From Candidatus Aldehydirespirator sp. (GTDB lineage: Bacteria > Actinomycetota > Acidimicrobiia > Acidimicrobiales > Aldehydirespiratoraceae): 64,000 nt of DNA. Of this stretch, positions 8,823-18,374 are shown in pieces. The notes below the pieces were generated by a model. That model was not told the origin of the DNA, did not search any database, and was given only the letters and a program-made list of their open reading frames with translations. Positions within the stretch are counted from its first letter, which is position 1, and every line of letters starts with the position of its first letter. Both the position numbers and the translations under genes were made by a program. The stretch is from assembly GCA_965221605.1 (NCBI GenBank), contig CBDCSK010000014.1:241776-305775 (forward strand), given 5' to 3'.

Positions 8823-10274
8823 CTAGTCGGCGAGGATCAGGGTCTTGAGGTCGCTGTGGAAGTCGAGCGCGTGGTCGCCGCCCTCGCGGCCTATGCCGGA
8901 CAGGCCGCAGCCTCCGAAGGGGGCGGTCAGGTCGCGCACCAGGAAGGTGTTGGTCCACACGATCCCGGCCCGCACCGCTCGGCCCACCCGCTCGGCTCTG
9001 GCTGACGAGCCGGTGTAGACGATGGCCGACAGGCCGTAGCGGGTGGAGTTGGCATGCTCGACGGCTTCCGTCTCGGTGCCGAAAGTCTGGATGGTCAGCA
9101 CAGGGCCGAAGACCTCGCGCTGGACGATCTCGGAATGGTTGGAGGCCGGTTCGATGAGCGTGGGCTCGTAGTGGAGGGAGCCGGCTCTGCGTTGGCCGCC
9201 CCACACGATGGGGTCGCCCGCGGCCCGGGCCCGGTCCACGAAGGCCTCGACCCTGGCCAGATGGTCGGGATGGACCATCGGTGCGATGGTGGTGGCATCG
9301 TCGCGGCTGTCGCCCAGCACATGGGCCGCGGTGCGAGCCGCTAGAGCCTCCAGGAACTCGTCGCGGACCGCGGCCTCCACCAGCAGGCGGGTCCCGGCCA
9401 GGCACACCTGGCCCGAGTCCTCGTACTGGGCCGCGGCCTGCGTGGCTGCCGCCTCCAGGTCGCAGTCGGCGAACACGATGAGCGGGCCCTTGCCGCCCAA
9501 CTCGGCCGTGAAGGGCACGATGTTGGGGGCGGCGGCCGCGCCGATAAGCCGGGCCGTCTCCGGCGAGCCGGTGAAGCTGATGCGCCGCACCCTCGGGTCG
9601 GAGGTGAGAGCCGCACCCACCTCGGAGCCGATGCCCTGAACCAGGTTGAAGGCACCCGCGGGCAGGCCGGCCTCCACCGTCAGGTCGGCCAGCACCGAGG
9701 CCGACAGCGGCGACCACTCGGCCGGCTTGAGCACCACGCTGTTGCCGGCGGCCAGCGCCGGGGCCACCTTCCAGGTGGCCAGCATGAACGGCGCGTTCCA
9801 CGGGGTGATCACCACCGCCGGCCCGGCCGGCATGCGCTGCACGGTGTGGGTAGTGCCCCGGGCCGGCCAGCGGGGCTCGGCGTGAGCCTCGGCCATGTCC
9901 GCGTAGAAGCGGAAGTTGAGCGCGCCCCGGGCCACCAGCCGCTCCCGCATGGAGCGGTGCAGGAACCCCATGTCGAGCGTCTCGACCAGGGCGATGTCGT
10001 CATTTCGGGCCTCGATCAGGTCGGCCAGGCGACGCAGAGCCGCGGCCCGCTCAGCCACCGGCAGCGCGCCCCACACGCGGAAGCCGTCGACGGCCGCGCC
10101 CACAGCCCGCTCCGCGGTGACCGCGTCACCACTGGCCACGTCGGCAAGCTTGCGGTCCCAGCCCAGCGGCGAGCGGCATTCAAAGGTGTGGTCCGCGGCG
10201 ACCCGCTCGCCTCCGATCAGGTGGTCGACGCTGACGTCCACCCCGCCGATGGCGACCCGGTCCGACTCAGTCAT
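8823..10274 (-). CDS. Aldehyde dehydrogenase (HpaE-like semialdehyde dehydrogenase)
   Basis: ITPWNAP, KPAEWSPLS, FTGS, ELGGK, GQVCLAG, EVFGP motifs. Confidence 0.9.
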   Translation of the reverse strand: MTESDRVAIGGVDVSVDHLIGGERVAADHTFECRSPLGWDRKLADVASGDAVTAERAVGAAVDGFRVWGALPVAERAAALRRLADLIEARNDDIALVETLDMGFLHRSMRERLVARGALNFRFYADMAEAHAEPRWPARGTTHTVQRMPAGPAVVITPWNAPFMLATWKVAPALAAGNSVVLKPAEWSPLSASVLADLTVEAGLPAGAFNLVQGIGSEVGAALTSDPRVRRISFTGSPETARLIGAAAAPNIVPFTAELGGKGPLIVFADCDLEAAATQAAAQYEDSGQVCLAGTRLLVEAAVRDEFLEALAARTAAHVLGDSRDDATTIAPMVHPDHLARVEAFVDRARAAGDPIVWGGQRRAGSLHYEPTLIEPASNHSEIVQREVFGPVLTIQTFGTETEAVEHANSTRYGLSAIVYTGSSARAERVGRAVRAGIVWTNTFLVRDLTAPFGGCGLSGIGREGGDHALDFHSDLKTLILAD

Positions 10275-10361
10275 CCGCGCTCGAAATCCGCACGGGTTTT
10301 GCTCCTATACGAGGGGTTTCTCTACTGATTTGGCCGACGGCGACCCGCGGCGAGGTCGTCA

Positions 10362-11255
10362 TCAGCTGTCGTCCTCCACGGCTGACTGGTAGTGGCGGGC
10401 ACCGGGTCCCCGTGGAGCCCGCTTGCCCCGGTGTTCCCACTCGCCGCCCATGGCGGTGGACACGACCTCCTCGCTGTCCGAAGGCTGGGCGCCGACATCG
10501 GAGCGCACCGGCTCCGGACCGGCCACGATCGTGTTGGTCAGGGTGCCCAGGCCCTCTACCTCCACGGTGACCACGTCGCCGGGAACCACCGGGCGCGAGT
10601 TGGCAGGCGTGCCCGACAGCACCAGGTCGCCGGGGACCAGCGTGATGGTGCGGGCCAGGTCGGCCACCAGATAGTGCATGTCCCACTCCATCTCGTCGGT
10701 GTTGCCGTTCTGGCGGACCTCGCCGTTGACCAGCGTGCGGATCCGCTTGTGCCGGAAGTCCCAGCCGGTCACCAGCGCGGGCCCGACCGGGCACAGGGTG
10801 TCGCCGCCCTTCACCCGCAGCATCGACCCCGCGTCAGTGTCGCGGAAGTCGTGGAGCCCGTAGTCGTTGGCCACGGAGTAGCCCGCGATGTAGTCGACGG
10901 CCTCGCCGGGCGACACGTTGCGGCAGGTGCGGCCGATGACGATAGCGATCTCGCCCTCATAGTTGAGCCAGCGGCACGGCTCGGGCCGCACCACGTCGGC
11001 GCCGTGGGCGCCGAGGGCGGTGATCGGCTTGTGGAAGTACGTCGGAGCGGGCGGCAGCCGGGTCATGAACTCGGCGACTCGGCTCGAGTAGTTCAGGTGG
11101 ACGCAGACGATCTTGGTCGGCTCGCACGGCGCCAGATGCACGGCGTCGGCTGCGGCCACCCGCCGGCCGTCGCGGGCCAGCAGTTCGTCGCCCCGACGCT
11201 CGACAAGCACCGGATACCCGTCGAGCAGGACGCGACGATACTCGGTCACGGTCAT
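10362..11255 (-). CDS. Fumarylacetoacetate hydrolase family protein (HpaG-like)
   Basis: KIVCVHLNY, YEGEIAIVIG, AND, KGGDTLCPVGP, PGDLVLSGTP. Confidence 0.9.
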   Translation of the reverse strand: MTVTEYRRVLLDGYPVLVERRGDELLARDGRRVAAADAVHLAPCEPTKIVCVHLNYSSRVAEFMTRLPPAPTYFHKPITALGAHGADVVRPEPCRWLNYEGEIAIVIGRTCRNVSPGEAVDYIAGYSVANDYGLHDFRDTDAGSMLRVKGGDTLCPVGPALVTGWDFRHKRIRTLVNGEVRQNGNTDEMEWDMHYLVADLARTITLVPGDLVLSGTPANSRPVVPGDVVTVEVEGLGTLTNTIVAGPEPVRSDVGAQPSDSEEVVSTAMGGEWEHRGKRAPRGPGARHYQSAVEDDS

Positions 11256-11282
11256 GCTCCTTCCGCCGCTGCGATCACGGCC

Positions 11283-13157
11283 TCAACCAGCCGTCGCATC
11301 AGCGGCGGCACCCAGGTAGGCGGCCTGCACCACGGGATCGGCCTGGATCTCGGCGGGCGTGCCCGCGGCGATCACGCGGCCCTGGTCGAGGCAGTAGATC
11401 CGGTCGCACACCCCGGTGATGAAGGCCAGGTCGTGGTCGATCACCACCACCCCGGCAGCCACGGCAGCGGCCAGGGCCCGCACCTCGTCGATCATGGCCA
11501 CCGACTCGACGTTGCTCATGCCGCTGGTGGGCTCGTCGAGGAGGATGAAGACGGGCGCCAGCGCGGCGGCCCGGACCAGTTCCAGGCGGCGGGCGTTGCC
11601 GTAGTCGAGCTCGCGTGCCCGTTTGTCGCGCTGCTCCCACAGCCCGGCATGGACCAACAACTGGTCCGCGGAGGGCCGGTCACCGCCGGGCCGGTGCTGT
11701 GATGCGACCAGAGCGGCGATGCTGACGTTCTCGCGCACGGACAGCGCCGGGAAGAGCCGCAGGTTCTGGAATGTGCGGGCCAGCCCGGCCCGGGCGATCT
11801 CGAAGGGCTCGGCGCCGAGGATCGGGCAGGTCTCGGGACCGGCGGGGGTCGGCTCGGTGAGCGAGACCGAGCCGTCTGTTGCCTCAACCAGGCCGGTGAC
11901 CACGTTGAGCAGGGTCGTCTTGCCCGCGCCGTTGGGACCGATGAGGCCGACAACCTCAAGGTTGGAGGCCTCCAGCCCCGCCCGCTCCAAGGCTCGGAAG
12001 CCGCCGAAGTCGACGGTCACGCCGGTCGCGCCCAACTCGGCGGACGCGGGCGCGGGCGCGGCTTGCAGCGGGTCGGGCACGTCCTCGGACCGGGCGAGCC
12101 GCCTCCGCAGCCAGTGGTCGACCTCCCAGTCCTCGATCAGGCCCCTGGCCCTGAAGATCATGAACCCCAGCATCGACCCGCCCAGCACGATGTCGGTGAG
12201 GCCGGGCCGCAGCACGACGTCGAGGACCTCCGCGGGGCCGCCGTCGATCTCAACGTCGGCGAGGTGCCGGGTGGTCTCGTTGACGACGGTGATGAGTGCC
12301 GTGCCCAGCACGGCGCCGGCGATGCTGTTGCGCCCCCCGACGATCAGCATCACCAGTGTGAGCAGCGTGTAGTCGAAGAAGAACGTCGACGGGGCCACCG
12401 TCCCGAGTTGGAACACCCGCAGCGACGCGGCCACCGAGACGACCGCCACCGACAGGATCAGCGCCGCCATCTGGCCCCGTGCCGGGTTGATGCCCATGGC
12501 TCGGGCGGCCAGGTCGTCCTCGCGGGCTGCCTGGGCTGTGCGGCCGGTGCGGCTGCTCTTGAAGAAGCGGGCGACGACGATGGCGGCAAGCAGAGCCAGG
12601 TACACCCACAGTCGGCTGTCGAGCCCGCGCCCGACCGAGAACGAGATGCCGTTGCGGCCCCCGGTGAGGTCGGCGTAGGCCCCGCCCACCTCGTGGACCA
12701 TGAACAGCAGGGCGAGGGTGATGACCGTGGCGGCCACCGCTCCCGACTTGGCGCCGGAGCGGGCAAGGCCGAGCCCGACCACCACCCCGACTGCCACAGT
12801 GATCGCCACGGCCGCGGCGGCGGCGATGAGTGGGTTGAGCGACATGCCGTCGAGGCCGAGGGGCACATCGGGGACGATGCGCGCCTTGCGCTCGACGGTG
12901 GTGGCCAGCAGCGCGAAGGCGTATCCGCTGATGGCCGCGAACCCCATGTGCCCGAACGACAGCACGCCGGTGTTGCCGATGTAGATCTGCAGGCCGATCA
13001 CCATGACGGCGTTGATGAGCATCTGCGTGACCAGGATGTCGCGGGCCGGGGCTCCGCCGGAGGCGTAGGCGAGCCCGCCCAGCACCAGCACCGCGAACAG
13101 CGCGGCCGAGCCGGCCAGCTGCGACCCGACCCGGCTCGACACCAGAACCGGCATCAC
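11283..13157 (-). CDS. Branched-chain amino acid type ABC transporter, permease-ATPase fusion (LivM-LivG-like)
   Basis: Multi-TM N-terminal half (SFGHMGF, REDDLAARAMGIN), then GPNGAGKTT, RTFQN and LLDEP. Confidence 0.9.
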   Translation of the reverse strand: MMPVLVSSRVGSQLAGSAALFAVLVLGGLAYASGGAPARDILVTQMLINAVMVIGLQIYIGNTGVLSFGHMGFAAISGYAFALLATTVERKARIVPDVPLGLDGMSLNPLIAAAAAVAITVAVGVVVGLGLARSGAKSGAVAATVITLALLFMVHEVGGAYADLTGGRNGISFSVGRGLDSRLWVYLALLAAIVVARFFKSSRTGRTAQAAREDDLAARAMGINPARGQMAALILSVAVVSVAASLRVFQLGTVAPSTFFFDYTLLTLVMLIVGGRNSIAGAVLGTALITVVNETTRHLADVEIDGGPAEVLDVVLRPGLTDIVLGGSMLGFMIFRARGLIEDWEVDHWLRRRLARSEDVPDPLQAAPAPASAELGATGVTVDFGGFRALERAGLEASNLEVVGLIGPNGAGKTTLLNVVTGLVEATDGSVSLTEPTPAGPETCPILGAEPFEIARAGLARTFQNLRLFPALSVRENVSIAALVASQHRPGGDRPSADQLLVHAGLWEQRDKRARELDYGNARRLELVRAAALAPVFILLDEPTSGMSNVESVAMIDEVRALAAAVAAGVVVIDHDLAFITGVCDRIYCLDQGRVIAAGTPAEIQADPVVQAAYLGAAADATAG

Positions 13158-13197
13158 GCCTGACCCGCCCGGCTCGACACCAGACCCGGCCTCGCCA

Positions 13198-14088
13198 TCA
13201 GACCCGCTCCGCGGATCGGACGTGCATCAGCCCCTGTGGTCGGAATATGAAGAACAGCGCGATCAGCGCGAACACCACGCCATCGGTGATGCCGACCAGG
13301 TCCTCGGGCAGCCAGGACCTCAGCAGCACCTCGGACACTCCGAGGAGGATGCCTCCGTAGACGGCGCCCTGCATGTTGCCGAGACCGCCGATGATCGCGG
13401 CCAGGATGCCCTTCAGCAGCGGGCTGAGGCCGGTGGTTGGGCGGGCCTGGCCGGTGCGCATCAAGAAGAAGATCGCCGCGATGCCGGCCAGGGCGCCGGC
13501 CAGTATGAAGGCCTGTCGGATCACCCGGTTGCTGCGCACCCCCATGAGGCGAGCGGCGTCGAAGTCCTCGGCCGCGGCCCGCAGCGAAATGCCGAACATG
13601 GTGCGCTGCAGCAGGTACACGGTCGCCGCCAGCGTGGCCGCGGTGGCGCCGATCACGGCCATGTCCACGACCTGGAGATTGAGTTCGCCCACCGACCAGA
13701 CCCGGTCGGCCCACTCCGGGCGCGGGAAGCTGCGCACGCTGGCACCCATGGTCATGACGAAGATGGCCTGCACCAGGAAGTGGACCGCGAACGACGTCAG
13801 CAGCATGGTGAAGTCCGACGATCCCCGCACCCAGCGGAACGCTACGAACTCGATCGCGACCGACGTGGCGACCGCGCCGAGGAATATCAGCGGCGCCGCG
13901 GCCCACCAGCCCCACCCGGCGGTGACCACCACCCCGAAGGCGACGTAGGCGGTGACGGTGATGAGCTCGCCGTGAGCGAAGTTGACCATGTGCATCACGC
14001 CGAAGATCACCGCAATCCCCAGCGCCAGCAGCGCGTAGATCGAGCCCCGGCCCAAGCCGTCGATCAGGCTCTGGGCGAGGTCGATCAT
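13198..14088 (-). CDS. Branched-chain amino acid type ABC permease (LivH-like)
   Basis: ATG 14088; GSIYALLALG...VNFAHGE, AAIIGGLG. Confidence 0.9.
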   Translation of the reverse strand: MIDLAQSLIDGLGRGSIYALLALGIAVIFGVMHMVNFAHGELITVTAYVAFGVVVTAGWGWWAAAPLIFLGAVATSVAIEFVAFRWVRGSSDFTMLLTSFAVHFLVQAIFVMTMGASVRSFPRPEWADRVWSVGELNLQVVDMAVIGATAATLAATVYLLQRTMFGISLRAAAEDFDAARLMGVRSNRVIRQAFILAGALAGIAAIFFLMRTGQARPTTGLSPLLKGILAAIIGGLGNMQGAVYGGILLGVSEVLLRSWLPEDLVGITDGVVFALIALFFIFRPQGLMHVRSAERV

Positions 14089-14834
14089 GCCGGCTCGGAT
14101 ACGGGCAGGCCCGTTCGGCCCGACGGACGCACGTCGGACCCCACGAACGTGTCGAAGAGGTCCTCCCGGGCGAGCAAGTCCGCAGCCGGGCCCTCGGCCG
14201 CGATCTCTCCGGTGCGAAGGACGTAGGCCCGGTCGGCCACCTCGAGCAGGCGGGTGGCGTTCTGCTCGACCACCAGCATGGCGCGGCCCTCGGCCCGCAG
14301 CCGGCCGATGAGGTCGAACACGAAGTCGACCAGCACCGGGGCCAGGCCCAGCGACGGCTCGTCCATCAGCACGATACGGGGGCTGCTCATCAGCGCCCGG
14401 GCGATGGCGAGCTGCTGGGCCTCGCCGCCGGACAGGTATCCGGCCGCGGTGGCCCACTTGTCCTTGAGCACCGGGAACAGCTCGGCCATCTCGTCGAGGC
14501 GCCGCGACCGCTCGTCGGCCCTGACGGTCACCCCGCCGATGCGCAGGTTCTCGACCACCGTCATCTCGGCGAACAGGCGGCGGTGCTCGGGCACCAGCGC
14601 GACGCCGGTCCGCAGCATCCGGTCGGGGCTGTTGCCCGTGACCGGACAGGCGTCGAGGAGCACCTCCCCCTCGGCGGGCCGAAGCAGCCCGGCAACGGTG
14701 TTGAGCAGCGTCGTCTTGCCCGCACCGTTGGGGCCGATGAGGCCGACCACCTCATTGGCCCCAACTGACAGGCTCACCCGGCGCAGAGCCGAGATGGCGC
14801 CGTAGCGGGTGGTGAGCCCGGAGACTTCGAGCAT
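14085..14834 (-). CDS. ABC ATP-binding protein (LivF-like)
   Basis: GPNGAGKTT, LSGGE, MDEPSLGLAP, VEQN. Confidence 0.92.
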   Translation of the reverse strand: MLEVSGLTTRYGAISALRRVSLSVGANEVVGLIGPNGAGKTTLLNTVAGLLRPAEGEVLLDACPVTGNSPDRMLRTGVALVPEHRRLFAEMTVVENLRIGGVTVRADERSRRLDEMAELFPVLKDKWATAAGYLSGGEAQQLAIARALMSSPRIVLMDEPSLGLAPVLVDFVFDLIGRLRAEGRAMLVVEQNATRLLEVADRAYVLRTGEIAAEGPAADLLAREDLFDTFVGSDVRPSGRTGLPVSEPA

Positions 14835-14944
14835 CTTGGCACCCTACCCGAGGTCTTCGCCCGGCTCCCGGTGCCCGGGGCTGGCCGCGCCGAAGACGAC
14901 TCGCTGGCCGCGGTCGGCCCGCGCCCCTACTGCATCCCGCGCCC

Positions 14945-16339
14945 CTACTGCATGCGGGCGGCAAGGGCGGTCTCGCCGCCGACGATCTGCAGGATGTACA
15001 CCGGCGTGTCGGGGGTGCCGTCGGTGCCGGCGTAGCCGATCGTGTCGGTGACCGCCTCGACGCCGCTCAGGTTTGCGATCGCCTCGGCGATTTCCCCCGG
15101 GTCGGCGGAGCCGGCCTCGATGAAGCCCTGTATGGCCACGGTGATGGCATCGCCGGCGAGGGCCGCGAAGCCGGGCGCCTCGCTGGGCATGCCCGCGGCG
15201 GCCAGGCCCGCGTTGAGGCGCTCGTAGCGGTTGCCGTCGGCGCCGAAGCCGTGATCGGTCCAGTAGATGCCCTCGTTGTTGGGCATCGCGGTGATGCCGC
15301 TCACCCCGAAGGCGTCTGCGCCGAAGTAGGTGATGGAGTCGATGCCGCGCTCTTCGATGGCGCTCCGCAGAGCGTCGACCTGGGGGGCGATCATGGCGGT
15401 GTAGAGGATCTCGGTGCCGTCGGCCACGCCGACCACCTCGTTGGCCTGCGATGCGAAGTCGAAGTCCTCGAAGGGAACGTAGCTCTGGTCGAGCACGAGC
15501 TCGCCGCCGAGCTCTTCGAACTTGGCCGCGAACGTCTCGGGGTTGTAGCCGAAGTAGGGGCCCTCCGACGAGAACGTGATGGCGCGGGTGATGCCATTGT
15601 CGATGGCGAACTCGGCCGCGGCCTCGGCCTGCTGGGTGTCGCTGAACGTCGTCATGAACGAGTAGATCGACGGATCCGGCAGCACCGGCTCGGTGGAGGC
15701 CACGAAGATCACAGCCCTGCTGGCGTTGACCGTCTGCAGCACCGCGTCGCCGGTGTCGGCGAACGGCGGGCCCAGGATCACATGGGCGCCGGCGTCGATC
15801 AGGTCGGCGGTGGCCCGCTGCGACACCTCGGGGTCGCCCTGGACGTCCTCGATGACGAACTCGACGGGATGCCCGTTGACGCCGCCCGCGCAGTTGATCA
15901 GGTCGACGTAGTACTTGCCGGCCTCGGAGATCGGGATGTCCGCGAACCCGCCCACCTCGGACAGATCGGCCGCGAAGCCGATGATGAAGGGATCGCCGCT
16001 CGGCGCGGGGCCGCAGTTGTCGAGGTCTGCGTCGAGCGCGGCGTCGACGTCGAAGCCGGCCATCGCCATGTCGTCGTCGTGCATCTCGTCGTCGTGCATC
16101 TCGTCGTCGTGCTCGTGGCCATCGTCGTCGTCGTGCTCGTGGCCATCGTCGTCGTCGTGCTCGTGGCCATCGTCGTCGTCGTGCTCGTCGTCAGCCGCAG
16201 TCTCCGGCTCCTCCTCCACCGCGGGAGCGGCCGTGGTAGGAGCGGGTGCCTCGGCGGCGTCGTCCTCGTCGTCGCCGCAACCGGCAGCGACCAGCGCGAG
16301 CACGGCGAGCGAAGCGACGAGCAGCTTGTGAAGTCTCAT
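14945..16339 (-). CDS. ABC substrate-binding lipoprotein (LivJ-like) with a His/Asp-rich linker
   Basis: ATG 16339; lipobox AAGC; INCAGGVNGHPVEFVIED periplasmic binding motif; heads the operon. Confidence 0.88.
   Translation of the reverse strand: MRLHKLLVASLAVLALVAAGCGDDEDDAAEAPAPTTAAPAVEEEPETAADDEHDDDDGHEHDDDDGHEHDDDDGHEHDDEMHDDEMHDDDMAMAGFDVDAALDADLDNCGPAPSGDPFIIGFAADLSEVGGFADIPISEAGKYYVDLINCAGGVNGHPVEFVIEDVQGDPEVSQRATADLIDAGAHVILGPPFADTGDAVLQTVNASRAVIFVASTEPVLPDPSIYSFMTTFSDTQQAEAAAEFAIDNGITRAITFSSEGPYFGYNPETFAAKFEELGGELVLDQSYVPFEDFDFASQANEVVGVADGTEILYTAMIAPQVDALRSAIEERGIDSITYFGADAFGVSGITAMPNNEGIYWTDHGFGADGNRYERLNAGLAAAGMPSEAPGFAALAGDAITVAIQGFIEAGSADPGEIAEAIANLSGVEAVTDTIGYAGTDGTPDTPVYILQIVGGETALAARMQ
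16070..16192 (-). repeat. Coding tandem repeats giving (HEHDDDDG)n and (EMHDD)n
   Basis: About three 24-nt units and two 15-nt units, in frame. Confidence 0.9.
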
Positions 16340-16405
16340 GGGGATCCTCCAGAGATCTTGCGGACAGGTCCGCGTGATGTTGTGGGAAGAAGATAGCGTA
16401 GTATC

Positions 16406-16421
16406 CGTTTGGTAGCAAACG
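16406..16421. promoter_or_regulatory. Palindromic operator, putative MarR site 1
   Basis: CGTTTG-GTAG-CAAACG between the divergent SBP and marR genes; similar sites at 26204 and 37073. Confidence 0.7.
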
Positions 16422-16430
16422 AAATTGGTG

Positions 16431-16940
16431 ATGCCAGTGCAAGAGCGAGCCGACCCGCGTCTGCTCGACGCCGAGCGCCTCATCCAGGAACGCCTCGGCG
16501 ACCGGCGCCTCGACTTCGACTCGATGCTGGCCGTGTCGAACATCTACCGGGCCGCCACCGCGGTCCGCCGGCGGGCCGAGAAGGGTGTGCTGTCGGAGTT
16601 CGGCCTGTCCTGGGGCGGGTTCACGACGCTATGGGTCCTGTGGGTCTGGGGCGAGATGCAGTCCGCCGACCTTGCCGACGAGTGCGACCTATCGAAGGGG
16701 ACACTGACCGGCGTCGTGAAGACCCTGGAGAAGCGGGGCTTCGTGAAGCGGACGCCGGTCGCGGCCGACCGCCGGAAGGTGACCGTGTCTCTCACCGGCG
16801 CCGGGCTCGAGACGATCGAGCAGCTCTTCCCGCGCTTCAACCTCTACGAGGGCGAGATGGTGGGCAACCTCTCTACGAGCGAGAAGCGGGAGCTGGCCGA
16901 ACTCCTCCGTCGAGTGATCGTCGCTGCCGACTCGGGCTGA
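16431..16940 (+). CDS. MarR family transcriptional regulator
   Basis: GLSWGGFTTLWVL...LSKGTLTGVVKTLEKRGFVKR...DRRKVTVSLT. Confidence 0.92.
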   Translation: MPVQERADPRLLDAERLIQERLGDRRLDFDSMLAVSNIYRAATAVRRRAEKGVLSEFGLSWGGFTTLWVLWVWGEMQSADLADECDLSKGTLTGVVKTLEKRGFVKRTPVAADRRKVTVSLTGAGLETIEQLFPRFNLYEGEMVGNLSTSEKRELAELLRRVIVAADSG

Positions 16941-16958
16941 GCCGGCGGCCGGGCCCCG

Positions 16959-18374
16959 TCAGGCGCTGGCGTCGATCAGGTCCCAGAGCGCTTCGACATG
17001 GGCTCGGGCCGTCCAGGTGGAGCCCACCGAGACACGGGCGTAGCGCATCCCGTCGGCTGTCGAGGCGGTGATGTAGAACCGCCCGTCGTCGTTTATGCGA
17101 TCAACCAGCGCATCGGTAGCCCCGTTGCCGTCGACATGGGCGAATGACACCAGCGCGAACGGCGTGGGTGCGATGGTTGTGAGCTTGCGATGGGCGTCGA
17201 TGCGGTCAGCCAGCTCGCGGGCCCAGGCGACGTGGGTGCGGATCATCTCTCGCAGGCCCGCCGCACCGAAGCAGCGCAGCACGAACCACAGCTTCAGCGC
17301 CCGGAACGGCCGGCCGAGGGGACCGTGCCAGTCCCGGTAGTCGATCACCCGCCCGGACTCGGACGCGTCGTCGCGCAAGTAGGGCGGCAGGACGCTCAGA
17401 GCCTCGATGAGCGGCCGGCGGTCGGCCACCCACATCACCGAGCAGTCGAGGTTCGTGGCCAGCCACTTGTGGGGGTTGAACGTGTAGCTATCGACCAGCT
17501 CCAGACCGTCCTGGTGGTGGCGGAACTCCTCGCAGGTCATGGCCGAGCCCGCGTAGGCCGCGTCGACGTGGTGCCACATCTGCCCGGCCCGGGCGATCTC
17601 GCCGAAGCGGCGCACCGGATCGACGCCGGTGGTGCCGGTGGTGCCCACCGCCGAGCACACGAAGGCCGGGACGAGCCCGGCCCGGCGGTCCTCGGCAACG
17701 GCCGCGGCGAGCGCGTCGGGTCTGGCCGCGAACTCTCGGTCGGTCGCCAGCAGCCTGATGTGCCCGTAGCCGGCCATGCGGGCACCCTTCTCGATCGAGG
17801 AGTGGGCGTGACTCGACGTGTAGGCGACCATGTCCTTCGGGCCGGCTCCGCTGCGCAGCAGGCACTGCTCGCGGGCCACTACCAGCGCGGTGTGCGTCGA
17901 GGCCGACGCGCCCGACTGCAGCACCCCTCCGCCCGCACCTGTCGTCTTCCACTCCTGGGGCACGCCGAGGAGATCGACGAGCCAGTCGAGCACGTGGGAC
18001 TCGATCTCTGTCGCGGCCGGCGACGTCGACCACAGCATTCCCTGCACGCCGAGGCCGGCTGCGGCCAGCTCGCCCAGGATCGCAGGGGGCGACGACTGGG
18101 CCGGGAAGTAGGCGAACCATCCCGGGTGCTGCCAGTGGGTCAACCCCGGGACTACCACCCGCTCCAGGTCGGCGAGGACGGCATCGAAGGCCTCGGGATC
18201 CTCCGGTGCGCGGCCGGGCAGTTTGGCCCGCACGTCGCCCGGTTGCGCGGGCTCACGCACCGGTCGATCCTCCAGACCGCCGAGGTAGTCGACGACCCAG
18301 TCCACGAGCGCATAAGCGTTGCGCCGGAACGCTTCAAGATCGAGGGGGTCGCTATCCAAGTCGCCGCCCCTCAC
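16959..18374 (-). CDS. Aromatic L-amino acid decarboxylase (group II, PLP-dependent)
   Basis: PGLTHWQHP, WSTSPAATEIE, HVDAAYAG, FNPHKWL (PLP lysine), GRPFRALKLW. Confidence 0.92.
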   Translation of the reverse strand: MRGGDLDSDPLDLEAFRRNAYALVDWVVDYLGGLEDRPVREPAQPGDVRAKLPGRAPEDPEAFDAVLADLERVVVPGLTHWQHPGWFAYFPAQSSPPAILGELAAAGLGVQGMLWSTSPAATEIESHVLDWLVDLLGVPQEWKTTGAGGGVLQSGASASTHTALVVAREQCLLRSGAGPKDMVAYTSSHAHSSIEKGARMAGYGHIRLLATDREFAARPDALAAAVAEDRRAGLVPAFVCSAVGTTGTTGVDPVRRFGEIARAGQMWHHVDAAYAGSAMTCEEFRHHQDGLELVDSYTFNPHKWLATNLDCSVMWVADRRPLIEALSVLPPYLRDDASESGRVIDYRDWHGPLGRPFRALKLWFVLRCFGAAGLREMIRTHVAWARELADRIDAHRKLTTIAPTPFALVSFAHVDGNGATDALVDRINDDGRFYITASTADGMRYARVSVGSTWTARAHVEALWDLIDASA

